In this document: positions 27,000 through 36,763 of the stretch, piece after piece
How positions within the stretch are numbered: position 1 is the first letter of the stretch
Layout: every line of letters begins with the position of its first letter
Source: Bifidobacterium breve
GTDB taxonomy: Bacteria > Actinomycetota > Actinomycetes > S36-B12
Length of the DNA stretch: 59,155 nucleotides
Assembly: GCA_945901095.1 (NCBI GenBank)
Contig: CAMDKQ010000002.1
Location: forward strand, 1 to 59,155
Direction: 5' to 3'
Position numbers and translations under genes: made by a program
Notes under the pieces: generated by a model
What the model saw: only the letters and a program-made list of their open reading frames with translations
The model's database searches: none
What the model was told of the DNA's origin: nothing

Positions 27000-28600
27000 C
27001 TGCCACCAACCTCCTGCGTGTCGTGTACGACAGCGCCGGCGACCACCGTACGAAGGGCCCGCGGGAGGGGCGCTGCCCCGGTGAGGTCGGCGGGAATATC
27101 CCAGATTGCATAGTGAGCTGGAGAACCGGGCGCGAGAGTTCCGGAGCGCTCGTCGCCGACCGCCCGCCATCCGGCTCGTGAATGGGCTGCGAATGCCGCC
27201 TGCTCGCTCAACTGCTGGCCGGGCTGGTGGTGGCGGACCGCCGCTTGTACGGCCTGCCAGGGGCCGAGGTCCGTTACTGGGCTGTCGGATCCGAAGGCGG
27301 TCAGCACCCCGGCAGTCTGGAGATCCGCGAACCGGTTCATGCTCTGTGCTCGTGCGGCGCCGAGTCGCTGCTCGTACATTCCGCCTTCAGATCCCCACAG
27401 CCCATCGAACATCGGCTGAACGCTTGCGGTCATCCCCAGACGAGACATTTCGGCGATGTGAGCGCTGTCGAGCATCTCGGCGTGTTCAAGTCGATGCCTG
27501 CCGAGACGGACCGAATCGACTCCTAGCAGGGCCGCTGCTCCCGTCATCGCCGCCATGATGACGTCGGTCGCGCGATCCCCGATGACATGGAAGCCCGCCT
27601 GGATGCCGGCGCCGATGCAGGCGGTCACGTGATCGCGAACCTGCTCCTCGGTCAGGTATTGGGCGCCGGCTGAATCCTGGGAGTCGAGGTAGGCATGGCG
27701 CAGGCAAGCCGTTCGCGATCCGATGGCGCCGTCGATGAACAGGTCGCCTGCGGCACCGACCGCCCCGATTTCCATTGCCTGCTCGACACCCCCTGACTCT
27801 GCAAGCTCCCCCCAGTAGCCGTAAACGAGGGGCCCGGGCTCCTGCTCGCTCAGTCGCAGGAGTGAGCGGAGGTCCTGGGCGCTCGAGATCGCCGGTCCGG
27901 CCATCTCGTGGAGTGAGACAATGCCCAGGCTCGCAGCCCGGCTGCGGGTCAGCCGATGCGCCTGCTCCTGTTGGGCTGCGCCGATGAGCCGCAGCGCGAC
28001 CTCGCGGTAGGCATGATGCGCCGCGCGGGACATCACACCGTCGGCACCAAACCCGTCAAGTTCACGTGCCGCAGGCACCTCTGCGATGAGGGCACTCGAG
28101 ACGACGGCCGAGTGGACGTCGATTCGCGAAAGGTAGACGAGGCTGCCATAGCTCGCTCGATCGACTTCAGTGCTCGTCGGAGGGCGGCCTTCTGGCCACC
28201 GGGTTTCATCCCATCCATGCCCGAGGAGTGGTGCCCCCCGTGCAGAGCGCGCAGCGGCTTCAACGAGTGCGAGTGCCTCGGCGAGCGAATTGGCCCGGGT
28301 GAGGTCAAGTCCAGCGAGCGTGAGCCCGGTGCTCGTCGCGTGCACGTGGGCATCAACGAAGCCGGGCGTGACGACTGCCCCCTTTAGTGACACATGCTCG
28401 TCGGCATCATCAAGGTAGCGCTGGGCGTCTGCGGCAGATCCAATCCAGGCGATCTCATGCCCATTGATGAACATCGCCGTGGGCACGGGCGGTGTGTCGG
28501 AGTGGGTCACGGCCTGGTCCACCGGCGTGCCGTCGTGCAGGATGACTCCACCGGTGAGCAACACCCGTCGGCTGCCCCGCCAGTTCGGCGCGTGAGTCAC
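26996..28600 (-). CDS. amidohydrolase-family metal-dependent hydrolase (YtcJ-like)
   Basis: HxH metal motif GFVDAHVHATSTG, a later GFHVIGDRA, and a C-terminal GSDSPVT. 534 aa. Confidence 0.85.
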   Translation of the reverse strand: MTHAPNWRGSRRVLLTGGVILHDGTPVDQAVTHSDTPPVPTAMFINGHEIAWIGSAADAQRYLDDADEHVSLKGAVVTPGFVDAHVHATSTGLTLAGLDLTRANSLAEALALVEAAARSARGAPLLGHGWDETRWPEGRPPTSTEVDRASYGSLVYLSRIDVHSAVVSSALIAEVPAARELDGFGADGVMSRAAHHAYREVALRLIGAAQQEQAHRLTRSRAASLGIVSLHEMAGPAISSAQDLRSLLRLSEQEPGPLVYGYWGELAESGGVEQAMEIGAVGAAGDLFIDGAIGSRTACLRHAYLDSQDSAGAQYLTEEQVRDHVTACIGAGIQAGFHVIGDRATDVIMAAMTGAAALLGVDSVRLGRHRLEHAEMLDSAHIAEMSRLGMTASVQPMFDGLWGSEGGMYEQRLGAARAQSMNRFADLQTAGVLTAFGSDSPVTDLGPWQAVQAAVRHHQPGQQLSEQAAFAAHSRAGWRAVGDERSGTLAPGSPAHYAIWDIPADLTGAAPLPRALRTVVAGAVVHDTQEVGGR

Positions 28601-29709
28601 ACCACCTCGACCATCGCCAAGCCGCGAGGGCGACTGTTGACCGACTCGAAACCGTCGTCTGTGCAGATGACGATGTCTTCGATGCGCGCTCCGAATCGTC
28701 CGGTCTCATAAAACCCCGGTTCGATGCTGAACGCCATACCCGGCTCGAGGCGCAACGTGTTGCCCGAGACGATGTAGGGCTCCTCATGGGTTTCGAGTCC
28801 GATTCCGTGCCCGGTCCGATGGATGAACAGGTCACCGAGGCCCGCATCGCGCAAGACCGCTCGGCCGGCCTCATCGATCGACTCGCAGGTGGCGCCCGGG
28901 GCGATTGCAGCGCATGAAGCGCGTTGGGCGCGCTCGAGAATGTCGAACCATGCAAGGTAGGGAGCAGGAGGTTCGCCCACCGAGTAGGTGCGGGTGCTGT
29001 CACTGCAGTAGCCATCAGGCATCGATCCACCAATATCGACGACGACCGGATCACCGATCTCGATGATCCGGTCGGACACCTCGTGGTGTGGGCTCGCTCC
29101 ATTGGGCCCACTCGCAACGATGACGAAATCGACGCTCACATGGCCCGCGGCAAGGATTCGCTCGGCGATATCGCGGCCGACCTCGCGCTCGGTACGACCC
29201 GGGCGCAGGAGCCCGGCAACCTCGGCGTGCACGGCATCGATGGCCGCTCCCGCCTTTCGAAGCGCCAAGATCTCCGTGGCGTCCTTGCGCATGCGCAGTG
29301 GGTGGATGACGGGTCCGGCCGTGACCTGGTGCGCAAGCGGGATTGCTGCTCGAAGGCGCAGGACCTTCTCCGCCCACATGTGATCGTCGAGCGCGATGGT
29401 TTTGGCGCTAGGGAGGAGCCCCGCGACAAGGCGCACCGGGTCGTCGGTCTCCCCCCACGAATGCAGACCGAGTCCTAGGGAGCCGACCGGGCTCGCGGTG
29501 GCGGCGAGCACCTCAAGATTCGGCACCACCATGACGGGGTCGCCAATCGCAGGAAGGACGAGGCAGGTGAGCCGCTCAAGCGGCACCGCCTCGTAGCCGG
29601 TGAGGTAGCGAAGGTCGGGGCCTGGAGTGATAAGTACTGCGTCGATGCCGGCGGCCTCAGCCGCCTTCTGGACGGCACTCAGCCTCATGCGGTAGACGGA
29701 CTCGCTCAT
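28597..29709 (-). CDS. pepE: M24-family Xaa-Pro dipeptidase
   Basis: HRTGHGIGLETHE and FSIEPGFY metal-ligand motifs. The ATG at 29709 (MSESVYRMRLSAVQKAAEAAGIDAVLITPG) matches the usual N-terminus. Upstream in-frame codons fall inside a 33-bp palindrome. Confidence 0.85.
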   Translation of the reverse strand: MSESVYRMRLSAVQKAAEAAGIDAVLITPGPDLRYLTGYEAVPLERLTCLVLPAIGDPVMVVPNLEVLAATASPVGSLGLGLHSWGETDDPVRLVAGLLPSAKTIALDDHMWAEKVLRLRAAIPLAHQVTAGPVIHPLRMRKDATEILALRKAGAAIDAVHAEVAGLLRPGRTEREVGRDIAERILAAGHVSVDFVIVASGPNGASPHHEVSDRIIEIGDPVVVDIGGSMPDGYCSDSTRTYSVGEPPAPYLAWFDILERAQRASCAAIAPGATCESIDEAGRAVLRDAGLGDLFIHRTGHGIGLETHEEPYIVSGNTLRLEPGMAFSIEPGFYETGRFGARIEDIVICTDDGFESVNSRPRGLAMVEVV

Positions 29710-29730
29710 GCGGAAATTGGACTCGTCGAG

Positions 29731-29763
29731 GTGATGGCTCACGGTTACACCGTAAGCCATCAC
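29731..29763. repeat. 33-bp near-perfect inverted repeat in the divergent pepE / exonuclease intergenic region
   Basis: GTGATGGCT-c-ACGGT-TAC-ACCGT-a-AGCCATCAC gives 14 complementary pairs around one C/A mismatch and a 3-nt centre. Confidence 0.9.
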
Positions 29764-29785
29764 CTGACTTTGACATCATGACCTC

Positions 29786-30727
29786 ATGCCCATTGGTCCT
29801 ACCCTGCTCCTTGACTCCGCCTCGCTGTACTACCGGTCCTTCTACGCCCTGCCCGACTCGATGACCGCTCCGGACGGCCGGCCCCACAACGCGATCCGCG
29901 GTTTCCTTTCGACCATGACCCGTCTTGCCGCCCGATACCGGCCTTCGACCGTTGTTGCATGCTGGGATGAGGATTGGCGGCCGGGCTGGCGGGTGGATCT
30001 TCTCGCCTCGTACAAGACCCATCGAGTCGAATCCGGGGTGGAGCCAGGCAGACCAGGAGCGTCCGAGCAAACTCCGGATGCGCTTGGCCCTCAAGCCGAG
30101 GCTATCGGCGAACTCATCCTTGCGATGGGGTTGGCTCGGCCGGGGTCGGCCGGTTTCGAGGCAGATGACGTCATCGCGACCCTCGCCGCCAGCGAGCAGG
30201 CCACGGCCATTGTCGTGTCTGGCGATCGTGATCTCGTGCAGGTCATTCGGCCGGGAGTGCAGATGCTCCTCACTGTAAATGGCGGCATGGATAAGTGGCC
30301 GCTCCTCGACGCGGCCGCGGTCGTTGAGCGCTTTGGTGTCGAGCCGGGCCAATACGTCGACCTCGCCGTCCTGCGCGGCGACCCTTCGGACGGCATCCCC
30401 GGAGTACCGGGCATTGGGCCCAAGACCGCTGTAGCCCTCATTACCGAGTTCGGCGGGCTGAACGGGCTCATTGTCGCGGCCGCGGCGGGTGATTTCTCGA
30501 AGCCACTCACCCCCCGTCTCGCCGGACTTATCGACGAGCATCGCAATCTCATCGACCGGATGCGGCTCGTGGCGACTGCGCGCACCGATGTTCCTGTCGA
30601 CGCCCGGTGGATGCCAGGGCCGGTGCAATACGACGTACTAGCCGATCTGGGGTCACGATGGGGAGTCACCCGATTCGTGGACGAGGCCCTCGGCGCGCTC
30701 TCCTTGGCTCAGACGGTCGATGAATAG
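29786..30727 (+). CDS. 5'-3' exonuclease (FEN/Pol I N-terminal domain family)
   Basis: LLLDSASLYYRSFYAL, SGDRDLVQ, and the H3TH motif GIPGVPGIGPKTAVALI. Confidence 0.85.
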   Translation: MPIGPTLLLDSASLYYRSFYALPDSMTAPDGRPHNAIRGFLSTMTRLAARYRPSTVVACWDEDWRPGWRVDLLASYKTHRVESGVEPGRPGASEQTPDALGPQAEAIGELILAMGLARPGSAGFEADDVIATLAASEQATAIVVSGDRDLVQVIRPGVQMLLTVNGGMDKWPLLDAAAVVERFGVEPGQYVDLAVLRGDPSDGIPGVPGIGPKTAVALITEFGGLNGLIVAAAAGDFSKPLTPRLAGLIDEHRNLIDRMRLVATARTDVPVDARWMPGPVQYDVLADLGSRWGVTRFVDEALGALSLAQTVDE

Positions 30728-33435
30728 GAAACGACGCCGCGATTGAGCCGATCTGCAGCCTCATGCGCATGGCTGCGCAACGGTGAGCCGGCCGGCACGG
30801 CCTGCGCCACCTGCCCGAGCAGGTCAATCACCTGACGGGTCCAGCGCACAAAGTCGCCGGCCGTGAGGTCATCCGAGGACAGCACTGACAGGAGCTGTGC
30901 CCCGGACGCCCACCGGTGTGTCGCCCAGACGAATCCAAGATCCAGTGGGCGGGTGATCTCGAGGCCGCGTCGTGCCTCAGCTTCATGCACCTCCTCGCGC
31001 ACCTCCCCCATCGCCGTCAGGACATCGCGTACGGGACCCTTCGGCAGGCGGGGGGCCTCGCCATCGTCATTCGAGCGCGACTCATAGACGAGGGCAGCAC
31101 AGGCCGCCGCGAGGTCCGCGGCGAGCAAGCCGTCCCATACCCCCTCCCGAACACATTGGGCGGCGAGCAGGTCTGACTCCGTGTAGAGACGCTTGAGGGT
31201 GCGGCCGGCCTCCGTGACCTCCGCGTCATCCCCCGCAGAGGTGAGGTATCCCAGATCGGCTAGGACCTCGGTCACCCGGTCGAAACGGCGGGCGATGGAG
31301 TTCGTGCGCCCCTCGACCCGCTGCTCGAGATCGTGCATCTCGCGCCGGGCTCGCATGTAGCGCTCTGCCCACCGTGCATGCTGCTCACGGTCGGCGCACC
31401 CATGACACGGGTGCTGGCGCAGTTGCATGCGTAGCAGGGCAATCTCGGCATCGTCTGCGGTATCGGACTGGCGCGACCGTCGTCCAACACTTGCATCGCC
31501 GACAATCTCACGCATGACTGAGGCGAGATCGCGACGGGATTGGGGATTGCGGGGATTGAAGGCCTTGGGGATGCGAACGTGGCCGAGCGCTGCGACCGGA
31601 GAGGTGATTTCGACCGCCGAAATCCTTCGGACCTGACGGTCGATGGTGAGCACAAGCGGACGGGGTTCGTCCTTGGGGCTACGGCTCATTTGTTCGAGGA
31701 CAACCGCGGGTCCCGCCCGCCTACCCCCTGGGATGAGGAACACATCGCCCGGCTTCAAGGCGCGTAGGGACTCCAGTGCTGCGTCGCGGCGACGATTCGC
31801 CGAATCGCGGGTTAGGACCTTCTCTCTGCGAGAGAGCGCCTCGCGGAGTTCGGCGTACTCCGAGTAGTCGCCGAGGTGGCAGGTCATGGCTACACGAAAC
31901 CCATCGAGCGCCTCCTCGTGCTTGCGCACCTGGGTGGCGAGGCCGACAACCGAGCGATCGGCCTGGAATTGGGCGAACGAGGTCTCAAGCACCTCCCTCG
32001 CCGGATGTCGGCCAAGGCGGGAGACGAGGTTCACTGCCATGTTGTAGGAGGGCTGGAATGAGGAGCGCAGCGGGTACGTTCGGGTCGAGGCCAGGCCAGC
32101 GAGTGCGCGCGGGTCCAGACCGGCATGCCAGAGTACGACTCCGTGACCTTCGACATCGATGCCACGCCGGCCGGCTCGTCCGGTGAGTTGCGTGTACTCC
32201 CCCGGCGTGAGTTCGACGTGGGTCTCGCCGTTCCACTTGACCAACTTCTCCAACACGACCGACCGTGCCGGCATGTTAATGCCAAGGGCAAGGGTCTCCG
32301 TCGCAAAGACAACCTTGAGTAGGCCCGATTGAAACAGGTCTTCAACGACCTCCTTGAAGGTCGGGAGGAGCCCCGCATGATGCGATGCAATGCCTCGCTC
32401 GAGGCCCTCGATCCATTCGTCGAAGCGCAGCGCAGCGAGGTCCTCGTCGGGCAGGCTGCGGGTGAGTTCCAGTACCCGCTGGCGAACCATCGTGCGCTCG
32501 TGGCCTGCATTGAGTCGTAGGCCGGCCGCTAGGCACTGCTGGACCGCATCGTCACATCCGGCGCGGCTGAACAGGAAGTAGATGGCGGGGAGCAATCCGT
32601 CGCGCTCAAGCCGCTCGACCACATCGCGCCGGTATGGAGTGTGCGCAGATCTCGCTCGACGGTTGCCGTTCCCCGACCTTGATTCCGGGGTGCGCGAACG
32701 ATGTTGCTCGTCGCGGGCGAGACGGACGAGATCGGGGTTGACGAGTTGCTGGTCGTCGTCAATGAAGAGGTCGTACATCCGAGATCCGGCGATGACGTGC
32801 TGCCAGAGCGGAACCGGCCGATGCTCCTCGACAATGATGTCGGTGTCGCCGCGCACGGTCTCGAGCCAAGCACCGAACTCCTCGGCATTACTCACCGTCG
32901 CCGAGAGCGCCGCCACGGTCACCGACTCGGGCAGATGGATGATGACCTCCTCCCACACGGCTCCGCGGAATCTGTCGGCCAGATAGTGGACCTCGTCCAT
33001 GACGACGAATCCGAGGTTGTCGAGGGTCGATGAGCCGGCATAGAGCATGTTTCGCAGCACCTCGGTGGTCATCACCACGACTGGCGCCTCACCATTCACG
33101 CTGTTATCGCCGGTAAGGAGTCCGATCCCCTCATCGCCGTACCTCGCAACGAGATCGCGGTACTTTTGGTTCGACAGCGCCTTGATCGGCGTCGTGTAGA
33201 AGCACTTTCGTCCGGTAGCGAGGGCGAGGTGAATCGCAAACTCTCCGACGATGGTCTTGCCGGATCCGGTTGGTGCTGCAACGAGGACGCCTCGGCCGGC
33301 TTCGAGGGATTCGCATGCCTGTCGCTGAAAGTCATCGAGCCTAAACGGGTACAGGTCAGCGAATGCCGTGAGCTCTGTATTGCGGCGCTTCGTCCGCTCC
33401 ACCGAGGCGGCATACCGTTCCGCGGGCGACAGCAT
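30709..33435 (-). CDS. helY: Ski2-like DEAD/DEAH-box helicase HelY
   Basis: Walker A APTGSGKT, DEVH box, SAT motif, and a long C-terminal Ski2/DSHCT-like region. 908 aa. Confidence 0.9.
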   Translation of the reverse strand: MLSPAERYAASVERTKRRNTELTAFADLYPFRLDDFQRQACESLEAGRGVLVAAPTGSGKTIVGEFAIHLALATGRKCFYTTPIKALSNQKYRDLVARYGDEGIGLLTGDNSVNGEAPVVVMTTEVLRNMLYAGSSTLDNLGFVVMDEVHYLADRFRGAVWEEVIIHLPESVTVAALSATVSNAEEFGAWLETVRGDTDIIVEEHRPVPLWQHVIAGSRMYDLFIDDDQQLVNPDLVRLARDEQHRSRTPESRSGNGNRRARSAHTPYRRDVVERLERDGLLPAIYFLFSRAGCDDAVQQCLAAGLRLNAGHERTMVRQRVLELTRSLPDEDLAALRFDEWIEGLERGIASHHAGLLPTFKEVVEDLFQSGLLKVVFATETLALGINMPARSVVLEKLVKWNGETHVELTPGEYTQLTGRAGRRGIDVEGHGVVLWHAGLDPRALAGLASTRTYPLRSSFQPSYNMAVNLVSRLGRHPAREVLETSFAQFQADRSVVGLATQVRKHEEALDGFRVAMTCHLGDYSEYAELREALSRREKVLTRDSANRRRDAALESLRALKPGDVFLIPGGRRAGPAVVLEQMSRSPKDEPRPLVLTIDRQVRRISAVEITSPVAALGHVRIPKAFNPRNPQSRRDLASVMREIVGDASVGRRSRQSDTADDAEIALLRMQLRQHPCHGCADREQHARWAERYMRARREMHDLEQRVEGRTNSIARRFDRVTEVLADLGYLTSAGDDAEVTEAGRTLKRLYTESDLLAAQCVREGVWDGLLAADLAAACAALVYESRSNDDGEAPRLPKGPVRDVLTAMGEVREEVHEAEARRGLEITRPLDLGFVWATHRWASGAQLLSVLSSDDLTAGDFVRWTRQVIDLLGQVAQAVPAGSPLRSHAHEAADRLNRGVVSYSSTV

Positions 33436-33443
33436 GGACCAAG

Positions 33444-33540
33444 GCTATGTCCTGCCCTGATACGGCAAAGCTATGTCCTGCCCCTATACGGCAAAGCTAT
33501 GTCCTGCCCTTATACGGCAAAGCTATGTCCTGCCCCTACC
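33444..33540. repeat. 26-bp tandem direct repeat, about 3.7 copies, between the tatC stop and the helY start
   Basis: GCTATGTCCTGCCC[TG/CT/TT/CT]ATACGGCAAA begins at 33444, 33470, 33496 and 33522 (the last copy is truncated). Copies differ only at unit positions 15-16. The array ends 8 nt from the helY ATG (33435). Confidence 0.95.
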
Positions 33541-33563
33541 TGGAGGTGCTGCGGAGCCAGCGC

Positions 33564-34430
33564 TCAGATGGGCTCCGGATCATCGACCATTGATGCGACC
33601 TCAACAGGTGTGGAGTCAGGCTCCTCGAGGGGGGAGATCTCGTCATCGCTGAACTCGGAGAAGTCCGGCTCGCCTGCACGCTTTCGGGCGCGGCGCCGGT
33701 CGTTGAGTACGCACACGCCGACGGCGATGACCACGAGAAGGAGCAGTGGGCCAGCGAGGAGAAGTAGGTTGATGGGATCGCCGGTCGGTGTCGCGACCGC
33801 AGCGAAGATGAACACCGCAAAGATGATCCACCGCCACCACGAGATGAGACGAGCACCGCTGAGGATACCCGCGAAATTCAGCAGCACGAGCATAAGTGGG
33901 AGGAGGAAACCGACCCCGAACACAAGGATGGTACGAAGGAAGAATGACAGGTAGCGGTCCACCGAGACGATGTTCTCGACCCCTGCTGGCGTGAATCCGA
34001 AGAGGATCTGCAATCCGAAGGGCAGAATGATGTAGGCGAGCAGGACGCCTGCACCGAAAAGTGGGGTCGCGATCGCGACGAACCCAAGGGCCCACCGTCG
34101 CTCATTTCGGTGAAGCCCAGGCGTGACGAACCGCCAGAGCTGATAGAGCCACACCGGAGAACTGAGGACGACGCCGGCGACGGCTGCAACCTGCATCTGG
34201 AGGACGAACGGGTCTGCGACTCCGGTGAGTGCGAGGGTGACCGTACGCCCCTCGCCTCGGGACTCCTCAACGACGGTTTCGAAGGGCTCGCTCAGCCAAG
34301 CGAACAACTGGTCGTAGTAGATCCACCCGACCACCATGCCGATCGCGATGGCCAGCCCCGACTTGACCAGTCGGGAGCGGAGTTCGCGAAGGTGGTCGGT
34401 GAGCGGCATGGCCGCGGCGGACTTCACCAT
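33564..34430 (-). CDS. tatC: twin-arginine translocase subunit TatC
   Basis: MPLTDHLRELRSRL N-terminus, six predicted TM segments, and an acidic C-terminal tail. Confidence 0.9.
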   Translation of the reverse strand: MVKSAAAMPLTDHLRELRSRLVKSGLAIAIGMVVGWIYYDQLFAWLSEPFETVVEESRGEGRTVTLALTGVADPFVLQMQVAAVAGVVLSSPVWLYQLWRFVTPGLHRNERRWALGFVAIATPLFGAGVLLAYIILPFGLQILFGFTPAGVENIVSVDRYLSFFLRTILVFGVGFLLPLMLVLLNFAGILSGARLISWWRWIIFAVFIFAAVATPTGDPINLLLLAGPLLLLVVIAVGVCVLNDRRRARKRAGEPDFSEFSDDEISPLEEPDSTPVEVASMVDDPEPI

Positions 34431-34457
34431 GCGTGACCTACGTACAACGTCTCGATG

Positions 34458-34706
34458 TCAGGCGTCCGTGGGCTTCTCGCTGGAGGCAGCGGGAGCCGTC
34501 GATTCGGCGGCCGCCGCAGGCTCAACCGCCGCAGGTTCCACCGCTGCAACGGCCTCACCGCCTGCGAGACCCTTCGTCTCAGCCTTGAAGATGCGCATCG
34601 AGCGGCCTAGACCGCGTGCGGCGTCGGGGAGTCGCTTCGCTCCGAAGAGCAGCAGGATGAGAGCGACGATAATCAGCCACTCCCAGCCCTTCATATTCGT
34701 GAGCAT
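34458..34706 (-). CDS. tatA: twin-arginine translocase subunit TatA
   Basis: [36 protein letters not shown] is the canonical TatA TM segment plus amphipathic helix. The tail is Ala/Pro/Glu-rich. Confidence 0.85.
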   Translation of the reverse strand: MLTNMKGWEWLIIVALILLLFGAKRLPDAARGLGRSMRIFKAETKGLAGGEAVAAVEPAAVEPAAAAESTAPAASSEKPTDA

Positions 34707-34787
34707 GGTGCACCCTTCGCTTGGTGGTGATGAAATCCGGGTAGTGGATACGCGGTGATTATGCCGAACCCAGCACGTGTCCCTGAG

Positions 34788-35768
34788 TCAAGCGTCCTCA
34801 GCGTACGCTGTGAGCGCACGCTCAGCCGCATTCGCCACCGCTATCCGCAGGGTCTCGGGCGCGCTGACTTCGGCGATTCCGCCGAGGGACAACATGGTGC
34901 GAACGAGCCACTCCGGGTCGTGAACGAACACGGTGGCGGAAATCGAGCCATCAGCCGTCTCTTCAATGTCTTCGAGGGCAAGGACATCAAGGACCCATCG
35001 GGCTTCGCCATCGACCTTGATCCTGGCCGAAAAGGATGGCTCCGCTGTCGCAGACACGTCCACGCCAGCGTCGTACGGCACTTCATCATTCACTGCCTGC
35101 GAGGGATCATCGGCACTCCCGCCATCTGAACGAGGGTCAGGCAGTGTCGCCGTCAGGATCCGGTCGAGTCGAAAGGTCCGAACAGCGCCTGCCCGCCGAC
35201 ACATCGCTTCGACATAGGTTCGGCCGTCATCGGAGGTAATGCGCCGGGGCTCGATGTCGCGTTCGGTGACCTCGTCGCGGGTTGCGGAGCCGTACACGAT
35301 GTGTACGTAACGACCCCTGATAATCGCTTCGTTCAGAACATCAACGACGGAGGAATCACCAGCGATGTCGACGACCACACTCGACCTGTCTCCGAGATCG
35401 CCCACCGCGTCCTGAAGCCGGTGGGTTGCCCGCAGGAGAGCCACCCGATCGTGATCGCCCGGGATCTGTGCAAGGAGTCGCAGTCCCACCAGGAGCGCGA
35501 CGGCCTCGTCACCGGAGAGCCGCAGCGGAGCATTCATCGTCTGAGCGTCGAGCACGTGGATGCGCGCTTCCTCCCAAAACTGAATGTCGACAAGTTGGTC
35601 TGGCCCATGGCCGGGCAGCCCGCAGACGATGAGGAGCCACAGGTCTTTCTCGAGCTGCTCTGGGGAGACTCCAAAGTGAGCGGCTGCCTCGGTGATCGTG
35701 ATTCCATCGTTCACGACGAGCCATGGCACGAGGGCGAGGAGGCGCGAAAGCCGCGCTGCCGAGCTCAT
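34788..35768 (-). CDS. pafC: HTH/WYL-domain transcriptional regulator PafC
   Basis: Second of two paralogous HTH-WYL proteins downstream of pafA, with an ATGA overlap with pafB. Confidence 0.8.
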   Translation of the reverse strand: MSSAARLSRLLALVPWLVVNDGITITEAAAHFGVSPEQLEKDLWLLIVCGLPGHGPDQLVDIQFWEEARIHVLDAQTMNAPLRLSGDEAVALLVGLRLLAQIPGDHDRVALLRATHRLQDAVGDLGDRSSVVVDIAGDSSVVDVLNEAIIRGRYVHIVYGSATRDEVTERDIEPRRITSDDGRTYVEAMCRRAGAVRTFRLDRILTATLPDPRSDGGSADDPSQAVNDEVPYDAGVDVSATAEPSFSARIKVDGEARWVLDVLALEDIEETADGSISATVFVHDPEWLVRTMLSLGGIAEVSAPETLRIAVANAAERALTAYAEDA

Positions 35769-36763
35769 GGTTGCCCCGCGTGTCTACGCGCCACGGCCTG
35801 CAGCCGAGCGATGACATCGTCGCGAACCGCCGATGGACCTTCGACTACTGCGTGCTCCCCCGCCGAGCAGAGCGCTGCTACCAGATGCATCAGATTGGGC
35901 GCCGTGACGTTGATAACGCCCGCGCTGAATGGATCAAGGGGCGTCAATGATTCGAGTGGGGCATCGGCCATCCGGCGAAGGTGGGCGCCGGCACCTGCTT
36001 GGACTCGAACCCGTGCGCGGGCTTCGGACTCGGGCTCCGACTGCATGACGAGTGACACGAGATCTACCTCGGGACCAGCCGGGTGCGCCTGCGGTTGGGC
36101 GGTCACGTTCACCGTGCCGACGATCCGCGAGAGCCGGAACACCCGAGTCGCCGAACGATCATGATCAAAGGCAACGAGGTACCAACGACCGTCCTTCGAG
36201 ATGACTCCCCACGGGTCGACCCGCCTGCGAGCGACCTCGCTGATCGCCGCTGGCTGATAGTCAAAGGTGACAACGCGCCGCTCGCGTAGGGCCGCCATGA
36301 GTGGCAGGAGCGCAGCATCTGCGGCTGAGACCTGCACCCGAACGAGACTCTCCTCGACTGCCCGCGCCGATTGCCCCTGCACCGCCTCAATCTTGCGAAG
36401 CGCAGTCGTGGCGGAGGGCCCAAGAATTGCCTCATCCCAGACCCGTGCGGCGAGCGCGATTACGGCGAGTTCTGCGGCACTGAAATCCAATGGCGGCAGC
36501 GCGTACTCATCGCGAGCGATCCGGTAGCCCTCGACATCGCCATGAGCGTCGATCACGGTCTCGACTGGGATCCCCATGCCGCGAAGTTCATCCTTATCGC
36601 GTTCAAACATCCGCTCGAACGCGGCACCGCTCGCAACCGGTCCATATCCGGGAACGCTCAAGTGGATATCCGCCCGAGACACCGCCCTGCGCGTGGCCAT
36701 GAGGCACAGCACCAAATTCAGCAGTCGCTCCGTGCGGTCGGCGCGCACCGGGTAGCCGCTCAT
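35765..36763 (-). CDS. pafB: HTH/WYL-domain transcriptional regulator PafB
   Basis: N-terminal winged HTH (RTERLLNLVLCLMATRRAVSRADI) and a central WYL-type segment (GRWYLVAFDHDR). Position as in the pafABC locus. Confidence 0.8.
   Translation of the reverse strand: MSGYPVRADRTERLLNLVLCLMATRRAVSRADIHLSVPGYGPVASGAAFERMFERDKDELRGMGIPVETVIDAHGDVEGYRIARDEYALPPLDFSAAELAVIALAARVWDEAILGPSATTALRKIEAVQGQSARAVEESLVRVQVSAADAALLPLMAALRERRVVTFDYQPAAISEVARRRVDPWGVISKDGRWYLVAFDHDRSATRVFRLSRIVGTVNVTAQPQAHPAGPEVDLVSLVMQSEPESEARARVRVQAGAGAHLRRMADAPLESLTPLDPFSAGVINVTAPNLMHLVAALCSAGEHAVVEGPSAVRDDVIARLQAVARRHAGQP

Noticed and set aside
33444-33540. CRISPR array hypothesis for the 26-bp repeats
   Set aside because: The repeats are directly adjacent with no spacers, there are fewer than four copies, and no cas genes are in the window. 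It is a plain tandem repeat.
34511-34555. 15-bp in-frame repeat in tatA ([12 protein letters not shown])
   Set aside because: It lies in the low-complexity Ala/Pro/Glu tail that is variable in TatA proteins. It has no likely function of its own and is only counted within the micro-duplication pattern.
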